Source of the DNA: Takakia lepidozioides
Taxonomy: Eukaryota; Plantae; Bryophyta
DNA length: 64,000 nucleotides
Direction of reading: 5' to 3'
Assembly (NCBI GenBank): GCA_030704615.1
Contig: CM060731.1
Span: 48,112,001-48,176,000, forward strand
Shown here: positions 24,769 to 37,085 of the stretch, piece by piece
How positions within the stretch are numbered: the stretch's first letter is position 1
How the letters are laid out: the number at the start of each line of letters is the position of its first letter
Made by a program: the position numbers and the translations under genes
The notes under the pieces: generated by a model
Databases searched by the model: none
What the model was told of the DNA's origin: nothing
Seen by the model: the letters and a program-made list of their open reading frames with translations, nothing else

Positions 24769-27044
24769 TGTCATGAGACAAAGACAGGACCCCTAGGGTC
24801 GTTGTCATGAAAGAATAAACAGATATCAACCACTTAACAGTGGCATCCATCATCAAGCTTAGAAAATCCAGAATTACATCCATGCACAGTAATGTTCATG
24901 TCAGTATTACTCATAACCCAAAGAGTATGTCACTGATGCTGATTGACCATCAGTCATGTTCATGATACACTTTCAGAGGACTGGGTGGGATGGCGGGTAC
25001 TTGGCCATATTTTGGCCTTGATGTGGTGCAGGTCAAATAATCATACAGATTTACTATCTGCAAGCTATAATCCAAACATACTTACTAAAACCCCATGGGT
25101 GTCATGGAGGGTTTAAAAAAAAAAAAAAAGGAACACTTGGATACCACAGATTTAAACACCTTGCCTTGCCAGTATTTGTTTAGACTGGTGTGCAGCACAA
25201 CTTGCCCCCACAGGGGAGGTGGATATGTCTGGTAAGTTTTCCAGAATACCCCTATACCTTTATTTCTTGCTACAGCTGAAAATCAAAGTTCATGACACAA
25301 CAAGGTAAATATAAAGGACTGCATACACATCCTGTGACAGTATATGATTCTGTCAGTACACCCTTCACATTATTCCACATTTGACCATGTCATTACACCA
25401 TGTCCAGGGGGTATTTCCACTTGACCACCCTGGCTGCCTCAAAAACCATTTACCATTTATATTACTGCCATATATGATATTTCAGTGTCAGCCAAATAGC
25501 CACAGGCAGAAATTTCACCATACCCTGGCCTAAGCATCTAGCTAACAAAGCCATCTGGGTTGGAACATAACATGGGCCTTTTACCAACAGAGGTAGTCGA
25601 GTAGCTGTAGCAAACAGTTCCTTGCAACCTCTCAATTTGTTTCCAACTACCATAAGGTAAGCAAATCAAACTAGGGCCTGGAAAACATATGTGTGTCTCT
25701 TACACAAGCCATCATAAACCAGGCTGTCACCACATAACAGAGGTTTTCCACTGGCTGGGCCGAAATAGCCCATCGTAGAAAGCATTACACTTGTTCTTCA
25801 AAAATCAAAGAAGGAAAGAGGTAGGATCAAGAAAAACCATAGAGTAGTTTAGTTTTTCAACATTTTAAGATGAGTCCCTGGCAAGCGATTCCTTCCCCTG
25901 CTCTGCAATCCCACTTGGCATCCAGCAGTACCTAGGACATCAGAATATTAAGTGGAAGCCCTCACCTGTGCCCGTCCCAAAAACAACCACAACGCATTGT
26001 GAGTTAGTGAGGATGCACGAGGTGAATAGCAGGCTTCCACACTTCTATCGAGGTCAAATACACTTCAATCTAAGCGCAGAGAATGCCAAAGAAAGCAGGG
26101 AAGCAAAACAAACAGAAAAAAAAACCTTTTTTACTGTGTGGGGGAGAGTCGTTATCTCTCCACAAGCCTAACCGTGCAGGGAGGACTCCGCCAGCACCAC
26201 AACACTGCTACCTTAACCAAAGCAAAGTCTTGCCAAGCACAAGAAAAAAGAGCTTGGTCTCAAAAGGTAGGGTTTATAAAGGGATCCTTGTTCAACCAAG
26301 ACGCCGCCATTCATCAAAGATCCAGAGGAGGGCTCCTAGGGAAACGTCATAAGTATGCAGGTGGTACCTCCGCCATCACTGCCGCGGTTCCCTTGTGCAG
26401 CAAAAAAACAGACAACTGAGACAGTGAATCTTCCTTCATCTCTAAGCCACCGCCATCGCCTTAAAGAGCCCGCCTAGGCGGCGCTCACAGGAGCCATAAA
26501 CACTCAAGAATTGACAGCGCAAGGTATCTGCAGCACAAGCTCCATCGCTCCTCCCAAGCCGCCATCGCACGCGCTCTCGCAGCGCAAAAAAAAAGACATT
26601 AGGGTTGCGCAGGGTTTTCCCCTGTCTGACCCGTCATTCATCCTTCTCAGGATGAAAAACATCCGCCAGCCTGTATGCCCGACGGACGCTGTCTGGTTTT
26701 CATTCGCGGAAGATGAAAGACATCGTGCGTTCATCCTGTCTTGCACTCAACGGATGTAGTCCGTATTTCATCTAGGTTAGATGAAAAACATCGGGGGTTT
26801 ATACCTGTCTTGCCCCGTATTTAGGTCATGTCATATGAAGTCCTTTTTTTCATCCAAGTTGGATTGAAAAAGTAGAAACTGACGGGAGTTTTGCAACTCA
26901 CAGGTATTTTAGTGAAGAAATATTTCACTAGGGAAAAATTTGTATTTTGGATGAGAAACATCCAAAATTCCATGCAACCCAATTTTTCAAATTTTTTCAA
27001 TTTCCTCAAAGATGGAAGTCGGGACAACAATTCCATAAGCCATT

Positions 27045-27049
<5 letters not shown>
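24769..27049 (+). repeat. Family R copy 3 (diverged), inserted at a GA microsatellite
   Basis: Starts TGTCATGAGAC..CTAGGGTCGTTGTCA like copy 1 and has distal TTTCATCC/GATGAAAA motifs. Absent at the matching junction (~1620) of the left arm. Confidence 0.6.

Positions 27050-27133
<84 letters not shown>
27049..27133. repeat. (GA)n microsatellite
   Basis: Read directly. Confidence 0.95.
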
Positions 27134-27135
<2 letters not shown>

Positions 27136-27204
27136 AGAAACCAAAAAAAAAAATTAGGGGGGGGGGGGGGGGGGGAGGAGTGACTGAGCCCATGGTGCTC
27201 AGCC

Positions 27205-28700
27205 GACAACTGTCGCACCTTGTTCCATGTTTTATTCTTTCCTTTGCATGCATGATTTTCTTTGTTGTTTGTTTCTTTTTTTGAATTTGGAGGGGTTATT
27301 TGTCTTCAGGAGGCAGCAACAGGGCTGGCCTCATTGGTGTAGTCCGGTGGGGTTGCCAATGAGGGAGAACATGTGGTGTTCATGAAGGACCTGAACACCA
27401 AAGGGAAGAAGAAGAGGCCTCGACCTCCCGAGATCCCTTTTACCATCAATGAAGGGGCTGCCGAGGAGAGAGAGAGAAGGGAGAAGGAGAAGGAGAGAGT
27501 GGGAGTAGCGGGGAAGGGGTGGGAGTAGCGGTCGTGGAGAAGGGGAAGAAAAAGAAGAAGAAGAAGAAGTCCCATGGAGAGGAAGGGGTGAGTGTGCATG
27601 CGGGGGAGGGCAGTGGGGTAACAAAGGAGCAGGGGAAGGAGGCTACAAAGAAGGGAGAGGGTGGGAAGAAGAACATGGCCTTGGCAATACAAGACGTGGA
27701 GTTGGCAAAGATCGTGGTGCCACCGGTGGAGATGAATCGCCATGGTGACCCTTGCGGTGCGTTTTGGGATGCTATGAAGAAGCCAGCCTTCGAACTCGCA
27801 ATGAGGTGGTTCCCTTTGCACATTGAGTGGGCTGATCAGCACTTTGGCACGAAGCGGGCGTATGCCCGTGAGTTAGACCGCCGATTTTCGGGCAATTGGA
27901 GTGACACAAGGGTGATGGAGATGATGGAGTGAAACTTGAAGGACAAGAGGTACCGTGCCAGACAGATCATTCCGAGGGCAATGACAAAGGGGGCCATACC
28001 CAAACCACCTTATGGAATTACATAGGTTGGCAAATCCTGAATCATTTCACCTTCCATTTGTCGAATGTGCATTAATGAGGTGGATTCGATGCAACGTATG
28101 TGTGTAATTCACTAATTGTTGGGAGGGGGGTGCATAGGTATCGTGGGATGCACTCATTGCGGGAGAGAATGATGCCGCAAACAAGGCCAAATTTGATCGG
28201 GCACGCGAAGCAACAACAGTCTCCCTTGACAAGCACGAATCCACACACAAGTGGGGCGCCGACGGATCCAAGGGTTTTATTTTGCGATTTGTAAGTCGTA
28301 CTTCCCTATGGATTTTGTTATGTCTTCTTTCTGGCTCCATCATCGCGAAGAACTGACTTTAATTTGTGGCATGTGTAGCAACGCGCGTTTGAGAGGAAGC
28401 CATCTCCGGTACAGTACAACTACGCCAATGAGCATGGTTGGCAATCCCTCATGAAGAACATGGCCAACACGGAGGGGATGAGTGCACTACATGGCACTAG
28501 TATGGATGAGGTCGGGGGTCATGGCCAGGGATTGGATGAGAGCTCTGTGGGACTTAGGGGAACGCCGCCTCATTTAGGTGCTCTGGCAAAGGGCGCAGAG
28601 TCATCAGCTCATCGGATAGCTCTGAGTCCTCAACTGAGGATGAGGATGAGGATGACTAGTCCTAGTCCATGTAGGTCCCAGGGTCAGCCTACTGAACCCT
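27205..28700 (+). pseudogene. CACTA second-ORF (TnpA-like) remnant, right copy
   Basis: VEMNRHGDPCGAFW..WFPLHIEWADQ..LKDKRYRAR..HKWGADG, with stops; lies directly inside the subterminal repeats and TIR. Confidence 0.55.
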
Positions 28701-28939
28701 TGTGAGCTTTTCAGCTCATTTCCTGTAAATATATTTCCATCTTTCCATCTTCCACCTTATTCATGTGTCGCACCGTCCTCACCCTCGATTCATGCTTACT
28801 CAATTGTGTACCTGCTAAATCAGAGAAATGGAAGCTGTAAGGTCTCCCATCCCCAAAAACAAAACCAGGCAAAAAACAAAACCACCCCAATTCACCCCAA
28901 AATCAACCCCCAACCCCCCCCCCCCCCCCCCAGGCTGGC

Positions 28940-29667
28940 CTCGCGACTACAGGACGTCGCCATTGGCGACGTGCTTTTTGGGCGGGGGTCGCAAGCCGCG
29001 ACGGTTAAGCGTCGCAAATCCCATTTGCGGGCGGCAACGCCCGACACCCCCTGCGACGTGTTTTTTTGGTCGGGGGTCGCAAGCCGCGACGCCCTGGCGT
29101 CGCGGAGCCCGCCACCCTACCTGCGCCACGTCTTTTTATTTTTTGATTAAATATAAAAAAGCGACGTCAGAGCGTCGCGAAAACCCACGCCCGGGCATGG
29201 CGGAGCCCGACTCCTGTTACTGCTGTTTTTTTTTGCCATGCCCAATAGTCGCTTGCAGCGACGCACTGACGTCGCTTGGCGTACCACCCGCCTTACGCCA
29301 CGTGTTTTTGGGTTTTAGGATGGGACTCCCGGGCAGGTTAGAAAAAAAAGGGGATGTGACGCCGCGTCGTTGTCCCCACCAACGCTGTCGGCTGGAGGGC
29401 CGCGACGGCGAGACCTCGTTCAAAGGAGGTCCTGCCATCGGCGCGGACGACCCAAAAAACGACGTCCGGCAGTCGTGGGAGTTGGGGTGGGGGCTCGTGA
29501 CCCCCATACGTCGCATTTTTGCGATGTCATTTTGGCGACGCCCATGCGACTGTCGGGCGACGGCCGGGCGTCGCAAATTCGGCGCCTACCGCGTACCCGA
29601 AATGCGCGTTTTCCGACGCGCTGCGATGTGGCCCGGGCGTCGCAAAGGCCCCTCTTTTCTTGTAGTG
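28940..29667. mobile_element. CACTA end: subterminal GCGACG repeats plus 13-bp TIR
   Basis: 29655-29667 TTTTCTTGTAGTG is the reverse complement of CACTACAAGAAAA, the En/Spm-type TIR; followed by GTA, a candidate 3-bp TSD. Confidence 0.92.
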
Positions 29668-30065
29668 GTACCTGAATGTCCGGAAACTTGAACAACAAGT
29701 GCAGATCTGTTGGGGGCCAGATCACAACCCTTAAGGAGATTCAAAGCTCAAGAGGCCATAATAACTTGATCACACTAGTTGTTAGAAATGTTTCAAGCCA
29801 TAGCACACCACAATTGAAGCAATTGGCAAGGAGATAGGCCCATCGGAGTACCTGAACGTCCGGAAACTTGAACAACAACTGTAGATCTGTTGGGGGCCAG
29901 ATCGCAACCCTTAAGAAAATTCAGAGCTCAGGAAGCCACCATAGCTTGATCACACTAGTTGTTAGAAATGTTTCAAGCCATAACACACCACAATTGGAGC
30001 AATTGGCAAGAAGAGCTCTAGGCCCATTTGAGTACCTACACGTCCGGAAACTTGAACAACAAATG
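29668..30065 (+). repeat. ~180-bp tandem repeat (2.2 units), possibly coding
   Basis: GTACCT..GTCCGGAAACTTGAACAACAA at 29668, 29848 and 30032. Confidence 0.9.
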
Positions 30066-30076
30066 CCGATCAGCTG

Positions 30077-31747
30077 ATTACGTGGCAAAGCGATGGTATG
30101 AATGGTTTGGCTGGTACTCTGAGTGCATTGTGCTAGATGAAGAGGTGTGGGATCGTTTTGTCGACAAAAGAGAGCTATAGGAACTGGCATTGCAAGATGA
30201 ATCTGAAGAGGAGGAAGGTTGAACCACGGCAAAGAAGTCAAAGTAACAATCAACACCTATCAGGCAAATTCTTACACGCCACTCTTTCTGTCCACTGGCA
30301 TGCCTGAGTTGGGGCCAGACATCCTTTTGGAGCAGCTTGTGGCAAACATATTGTCACTGCAAACCACCACTGTGCGACTTTTGCATCCACGTCCTGTCCT
30401 GGGACTTGAACCTTTTTGGTCCACAGACGTTAATAACTTGGTGTGATTTTTAACATTCAGAGCCAAGGCCATGATCCAGCATTTAAACACACATTAAAGA
30501 AAGTGGTCGAAGTCTTAAGGATGTTTCCAAGCACTGGGCTCTCCCACCAGTTTCTTGAGAATATGGAATGTATAGGACTTCAATTTACTACTTTCACCTG
30601 AGTTTATGATAAACCCTGCATGTCCATGGAGAGGCTGGACAAGATAGTTACCTTCGTTCACTCGGGGATATTACGATGACTGTTACATTCGCCGACTTGC
30701 AGACCCTGGTTTTGGGGCTGTTGAGGTTGATTTTCACCTGTCAAGCAGTGGTTGCAACAGAACGTAGAGGGTACACAGCTGCTATTGCACCTGACCAACC
30801 TCCCCACTGCAGTCCCGCCAAGGCTCCTCAGCTAATATTTGCCAGACACCTATGCTGCGGTATTTCAATCAGCCTGCACTCAGCCAGTTAAGGGTTGGGT
30901 GACCCACGGCGTAAAATCGCTCTGTCACAATCCCCAACTCACTTATACATGCACTTATGTAAAGCACATTTTCCCTTTTCAGCAGAGCAATACCTATTGC
31001 ACTGCAGCCAGAGTATGTAAGTGCCCTGCCTGACACAGTGTCTTATAATCTGCAACTAGCACCCGCTACATGAATCAGAAGCATCATCAGAAGGGATGAT
31101 CCTCATCCTCTGCACTCTTGATCTGATCCTTTCAGGAGAAAATGCCTCTTCTAATCCTTCTTCTATGCAACCAAGAATCATGACCCTTACACATCATGGG
31201 GATGTAGTTCTCCTCATGAAAACATGTTGCCTAAAACATGACCACTGGGGGATAAGAGCGACCCTAGGAAAAAGTAGGTAAGGTCTGCTGAATATTGCAT
31301 ATGTGGTATCCACTTCCATAAGGGCTAGTAACTTACACAAAAACTAGTCAATGCACATAAGATAATGAAGCCCTATAATATATGAACCAATTTACTGTAC
31401 AATCCACGGACACCTGCAGAGTCAAGTCGAAATCCAGGACTGCAAGTGGTGATAAGTAATGTATTAACCAATTCACATTTACAGATATCCAAAATCGTAA
31501 TGGCAACAAAAAAGTCTTAATTCAAATCTGTCATCACACACTGGCCTTCTTTTGTCCCAAAAGGCTTTAATCTGTTAAGAATCCTACCTCCTACAAACCC
31601 TCATCTCACCAACCCTTCCTTCCAGGGTCAGACCAGCACTGCACCAGGCTTCAATTGGAAGCAGCCACATTTGTCTCCAGATCTAAGGAATCCCGTCCAA
31701 CGGGCTCACTAGTCATAGCTACTGGAATATGCTACTCACAGAGCCGT
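30077..31747 (+). repeat. Left arm of ~1.6 kb inverted duplication
   Basis: Reverse complement of 37660-39238, highly similar by eye. Confidence 0.92.
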
Positions 31748-34700
31748 CATCGTGGACCCGCCAGATGGTTTCTCCAAGAAGGTTGCCCACGGACAACACT
31801 GTCAACTGTGGAAAGTAGTTCTCTTCCTTCACTTCCTGAAACAGCCCTCCTGATAGTCGCTCAATCGCTGGTGGGCTGCAGATCAAGCACAATACAGAAT
31901 TTTCAGATCACAAGTTGTTTTTTCCCCGCTACACCTCGCTTATGTATTACTCTTCCCTGCCCTCCCTGTCCTCAACTCTGTGTCAACTTACCCTGCGTTT
32001 TTAAATACCCTTGCTGGGCCAGGGGGAGTTATTGATGAACAAGTCATTGCTGGGGACTTGAGTGGTACAAAGTGTCTGTCTCTCTAAAGCTGAGGCAAAT
32101 AATGTCTTGTGAGTGCACTCTGTTTCTCTAAAAGGATTAGGCTATGACAAACAATGTCCTAGGAGTACATTATCCTCTGGGAAACCCTAGAAGATCAGAA
32201 GAGATCTTGATCCCGAAGGATACGCCCCACTGCAGTGATAAGCCATCAAAACGAATTGCAGTGCTTGAGCCTGCCTCCCCACCTTTAGACCTGAGCCCGG
32301 CCCCACAATCTCATTCTAAGGACTCCATTCTCAATCCCATATCATGGAGCAAAAAGAAAAGGATTGGTACCCAAAAAAGAATTTAAAGAGGATGGAGTCA
32401 CCTAAAGACAGCGTGGGTAGAGCACGCGTACACTTCTCGGGCTCCTTGAGCATGAAGATGCGCAGCCCCGTTAGCAATGATACCTACAGCACCAATGACC
32501 AATTGAATAAGTGCACTCCATGAGTAGTCTAATCTGCAGATGTAATCTAGTGGATGCAAACTTGTAGCATCACCAACAGACATGTACCTTGCCAACTTTC
32601 AGATGACAGCTGCACCAGGCAACTATTAACAGCAATGATGTGAGCCACACAGAAGTACACCCGCAGTATCAATCATATCGTCCACCATTACAGCCACCTT
32701 GCCTTTCACATCACCTATCAAGTTCATCACCTGCAAGTACACACTCCCTCATCATTTGTCATTGTTTTCAGCTCTTGAATGGAAGCAAAGCTTTATGTCA
32801 CTACTCGGGTTAGCTAATTAGCTAATATAACCCACTTTGCCCTTATCCTTGTGCCTCTGGCAATTTGCCCTATGTTCCTCATGTAAAGTTCCCCTCGATC
32901 TCCTTACACCCTAATGCACACATCTCTATTCTCCTCCAATTTTGCCCCTCAAATCAGAACACCATCAGCAAGCCAGTCTTTGACATGATAGCGATAGATG
33001 CTTGCAATATGAGGGTCACTGGAATAGTACCTCAGAGACATTGTGGCCATGCCTCCTTTTATCCACAATAGCAAGTGGTGCATCTGACAGCTTTTTGGCA
33101 AATGCACGTGCTCGAGTCACTCCCCCCACGTCAGGAGACACCACTACCAAGTCATTTGATGAAATCATCTTGCTTGCCAGGTAGTCAAGAATCACAGGCT
33201 GGAAAGATCAAACGGGAGAACAACCCCTTACAGATGGGCTCAAGTAAAGAAACATGCAGTGAAAACCTAGGCCCAAGACAACTCAGAAGCCAGCCTTCCA
33301 GAAGGATTGTTGGGTCAATCGACACTAGCAATGTCTTGCTCCCTCTGGTCTTTTCCATTAAAGCAATGCCTCAATAGATTTAAAAAAGCGTCCACGTCCT
33401 CTAAAGTCGGAAACACATGCAAGTTGACTTGAACACAGTCAAAGGTCTACACAGCGTGCAAATTGGGGAACAAACGTGACTCATCCACCCAATTTGATGT
33501 GGGTTGAACCTCCGGTTAAGGTTGAATATTTCTCTTTTCAGGGTTGCTAACTTTGAGCTTGCTGTCCAAGCATTGTGCAAAACAGGTATTAAAGCAAAGC
33601 TACTCCTGAATAATGCTGGCAAATGCATAGTCAGTCTGTCTAAGGAAACAATTTGGTGTGGAGGAAGACATGAGGAATAGATGTACTCATAAGACGTTGT
33701 TTGCAGTAGCCTTGTGGCCATTGACCACAAGGAAGACATGAGGAATAGAGAAGGCCAAAAACATTGCCAGGTGACAATCAAACAGATTGATGCTTCAACT
33801 GACCTGCCCATACACATGGTCGACAGGGATGTCGAAGTAGCCCATGGACTGTCCTGAATGCAGGTCACAAGTAAGCACACGATTTGCTCCGGCTTCTGTG
33901 ATCAAGTTGGCTACCAGTTTTGCAGCAATTGATTCTCGACCTTGTGTCTGTCATATGAAACAAACGCAGTTCCATGCCATTAATGGCCTCTTTACTGATG
34001 CTCCACCCAGTAATAAGCGAATTAAAGAAAAGGCAAGCTTAGTTCTCAATAGGTAGGAACTGGCATGGGAAGGAAAAACAAATGCGAAAAAGCAAGCTTA
34101 GTTCCGAATATGGTAGGTACTGGCATGCAAAGGAAACACAAAGGCCAAAAACAAAGCACAAATATTTTCTTCTTGCCTTTACTACATCCTTCTTCCGCAC
34201 CGACAATCAAAACAAATGTAGAAGTGGGTATTGATTATCTGTGTCAGCACTCTCACACCAAAGCTCCACACACTCCCTTATCTTTCCTCCACTTGGCAAG
34301 AATAATTCTGTTAGACAACATGCCTTTACAACCATCACTTTGTCTCCTATCTTGATTTTTTATCTTCGATATCAAGTTGGCAAGCTTACTTTTCGATCTG
34401 CTCGGGCATAGCCAAAGTACGGGATCACAGCTGTGATGGTCTTTGCAGATGCACGACGGCATGCATCAATCATGATAAGCAGCTCCATCAGATTCTCGTT
34501 TGCAGGAGGACATGTGGGTTGCACTAAGACCACATCACACCCCCGCACACTCAATTGCACATAAATCTCGCCATCTGCAAAGTGCTTGATATTGATCATT
34601 CCCAAATTGAGACCCATGTAACAAGCAATTTCGTGCAAGGGTACCGTACACAAAATGCCATCATCAGTCGCCTTTGTACATATGAAATATCACTCTCAAC

Positions 34701-34990
34701 ACTCACGGCTGGAATGATGAACCAAGCGCAGCGGCGGCTGCGCAGACATGGCCTCTGAACAGCGCACAGCATTGTCTCCCAACACAAGAAAGCCCGCAGC
34801 AGTCTGCCGCAGCGATGCGGGCGCTTGGGGCTCCATGCCCCGCACGCTGCCGCACCCTTATCCCGCCCCCACTCGCGCCCCCCGCCATCGCCCTCAAAAC
34901 TCTGCCCCACAGCGCACTCGCGGATAGCTCCCCGCTCCAAGACACTCCACACCCTCCTCTCGCCACGTGCCTTCTACGGGGCACTTTTCA
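31719..34990 (-). pseudogene. PRS: Ribose-phosphate pyrophosphokinase (class I PRS), probable pseudogene
   Basis: Exons: 34390-34632 ([28 protein letters not shown]), 33804-33947 ([19 protein letters not shown]), 33031-33198 (VVSPDVGG), 32661-32730 (DDMIDTAG), 32402-32483 (STHAVF), 31719-31876 (PPAIERLS..LLGETIWRVH..IFQ*). 5' end approximate; lesions are listed under findings. Confidence 0.92.
33682..33729 (-). mobile_element. 48-bp LINE A 3' stub with 20-bp TSD in a PRS intron
   Basis: AGGAAGACATGAGGAATAGA at 33662-33681 and 33730-33749 flanks TGTACTCATAAGACGTTGTTTGC. Confidence 0.9.
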
Positions 34991-35080
34991 CTTTTCTTTT
35001 TCTCTCTTTTCTATCATAGAAGCGAGCGAAGCAGCTAGCCATGGCGAGGGGCATCCCGGGAGGAGTGTTTGATGCGGAGA

Positions 35081-35237
35081 TTGGAAGCCTCTCTCTTCTC
35101 CCACTCTCTACCAATCTATGAGTCGTCAATCTTTGCCTTCTCTCACTCTCTACCATACTCTATGGTAGAGAGTGAGAGAAGGCAAAGATTGACGACTCAT
35201 AGATTGGTAGAGAGTGGGAGAAGAGAGAGGCTTCCAA
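35081..35237. repeat. Perfect palindrome with 77-bp arms and a 3-nt loop
   Basis: 35081-35157 is the exact reverse complement of 35161-35237; loop CTC. Confidence 0.97.
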
Positions 35238-35726
35238 GGTTACGGGCTACGACGAGAGACACATAAGCTAAATCGAGAGAACGAAAACCCTCATGCTGGT
35301 GCAAAGAGAGTTTGCTAGGTGGCTTCTTAGGATCCTATCTTGCGAACTGCTTAAGCTAATCTTGTGCTGGTACGGGTACCTGATTGCCTCCCTTAGTAGG
35401 GAAAAGATCCCTCCTGTGGAGCGCTTCAAACTTTTGAAGAAGTTGCTTCCAGTGAGTCTTCAAGATTGCAAGAGATTTCAGGGTAAGTGCACTAACTGGA
35501 AGAACCAAGCATGAATGAACTTGTTGCCCTTTCTCAGAGCCTCCAGACCTGCAGGTATAGGACAGAGATTGAATAGGATTCTCAATACTACTTGTGTTTG
35601 CAGAGGAGGCAGCTGCCTTGATTTTTGGAAGAAACCAAATATGCCACTCAACAGGGCTGGAGGACACGGTCAAGCGGATGGATCTCAACACTCGGCTATT
35701 GGCCTTGGTACCGCCCACAAGTAATT

Positions 35727-36280
35727 CTTGGCTGACAAGATCATTGGGAGGAAAGTAATTGTATGCGGTAGAGCTGTTAATTGGTGGACCAATGACATTA
35801 AGCTCAAGATAGCTGAGAGACGGGTCCTCTTTAAAGAGTGTTGCAATTTGAAAACCAACAAAGAATTGTGGGCTAAGTACTCGGATCCGCAGAGATATCA
35901 ATAAGCTTGTTAGGTCCAGAAGAAATTATACTGGGACAAGCTATACAGTGACATAAACTCCAACCGCCAGGGTGGTATGACAAGAGATTCTGGTTGGCCT
36001 TCAACGTTTGTACAAGCCGAAAAAAACTGTCAGCAAGTACAAGCGCCGAGGACTACTAAGGGTGCAGTGGTGACTTCAACGTTTGACATTGTCGAAACCT
36101 TTGAAATTCACTACAGTACCCTTGGCAGAATTTCTAGGTCTAACAATGAGGGTTCCGATGAAGTATGGAAGGACACAGTTGGAAAAGCTGTTCCTATGGT
36201 TCAAGACAGCCTTGATAAACTGGAGTTTATTTCAAAGGCTTACAACGCTCCCCATGAGTTCTTCTGAAATTGTGGAAGCA
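35727..36280 (+). mobile_element. LINE A-related internal fragment (EN-RT linker)
   Basis: ADKIIGRK.IVCGRAVNWW..KKLYWDKLYS..; matches the reverse complement of ~47760-48305. Confidence 0.85.
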
Positions 36281-36284
36281 CGAT

Positions 36285-37085
36285 GGCCAAGCTTAACAGA
36301 ACCCTACCTAACTAAACCTGAGCTGACTTGTAACACTCCCACTCAGCGAAGATGGAGGCTTAACCCAATCAGTTCCATGCATCTAGAATGCCTTTCTTTA
36401 GATAGAGCCTTTGTGAGTGCATCAGCTGCCATGTCCTCAGATTACAGAAAACCAACTCAATCTCCAAACCAATCTTTTCTCTCTAATGAAACGATGTTTG
36501 ATATCTATGTGCTTGGTCCGGGCATGATAAACAGGATTCTTGCTGAGCTCAATGCTGCTCCTGTTATCAGCATGCATTTTCGTTGGCTGTTCTTGACTGA
36601 AGCCAAGTTCACCAAGAGCCTTCGAATCCAAATGGCTTCTTTAGCCGCATGAGTTAGAGTCATATACTCTGACTCAGTCGAGGGACAGAGCAGTGGTGTG
36701 CCGTCTTTTGCTGCTCCAGCTCACAGCACCTCGACTCGTTACACAGCAGTAGGCAGATATGGATCTCCTCTCATCTGTGTCTCCTGCCCAATCTGCATCA
36801 CTGTATCCTTCTAGTGATGCTCCAGTGTCCTGCTCGTTGTAAGTTAGACATGTATCCGCAGTCCCTTTCATATATCTAATCACCCTCTTGAGTGCTTTCC
36901 AATGCTGAGGTCCTGGGTTGTGCATGAACTTACTAAGCACTCCGACTGAACAGGCAATGTCTAGCCTGGTGCCAATCATTGCATACATCAGAGATCCCAT
37001 GGCTTGCTGATACGGAACCTTAGCCATTTCCTCAATCTCACTCGGAGATTTTGGCTCCATTTCCTTACTCAACTTGCAGCCGGTT
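36285..37085 (-). mobile_element. Ty1/copia 3' fragment (RT end, RNase H, PPT, LTR start)
   Basis: PYQQAMGSLMYAM..YSDADWAGD..VSWSSK; DN.S.I.L.KNPVYHARTKHIDIK; PPT GAGTGGGAG then TGTTACA at 36335. Confidence 0.92.

Noticed and set aside
26821-27218. SLSLSL / RERERE ORFs (also 1345-1734)
   Set aside because: Translations of (GA)n/(CT)n microsatellites.
28829-29691. 287-aa ORF over the CACTA end (also ORFs at 12255-12870)
   Set aside because: GC-rich subterminal repeats are poor in stop codons; no protein-like motifs.
35200-35237. miR156/529-like AGAAGAGAGAG in the palindrome
   Set aside because: Only the low-complexity core matches; the flanks differ, and a mismatch-free stem is unlike conserved MIRNA precursors.
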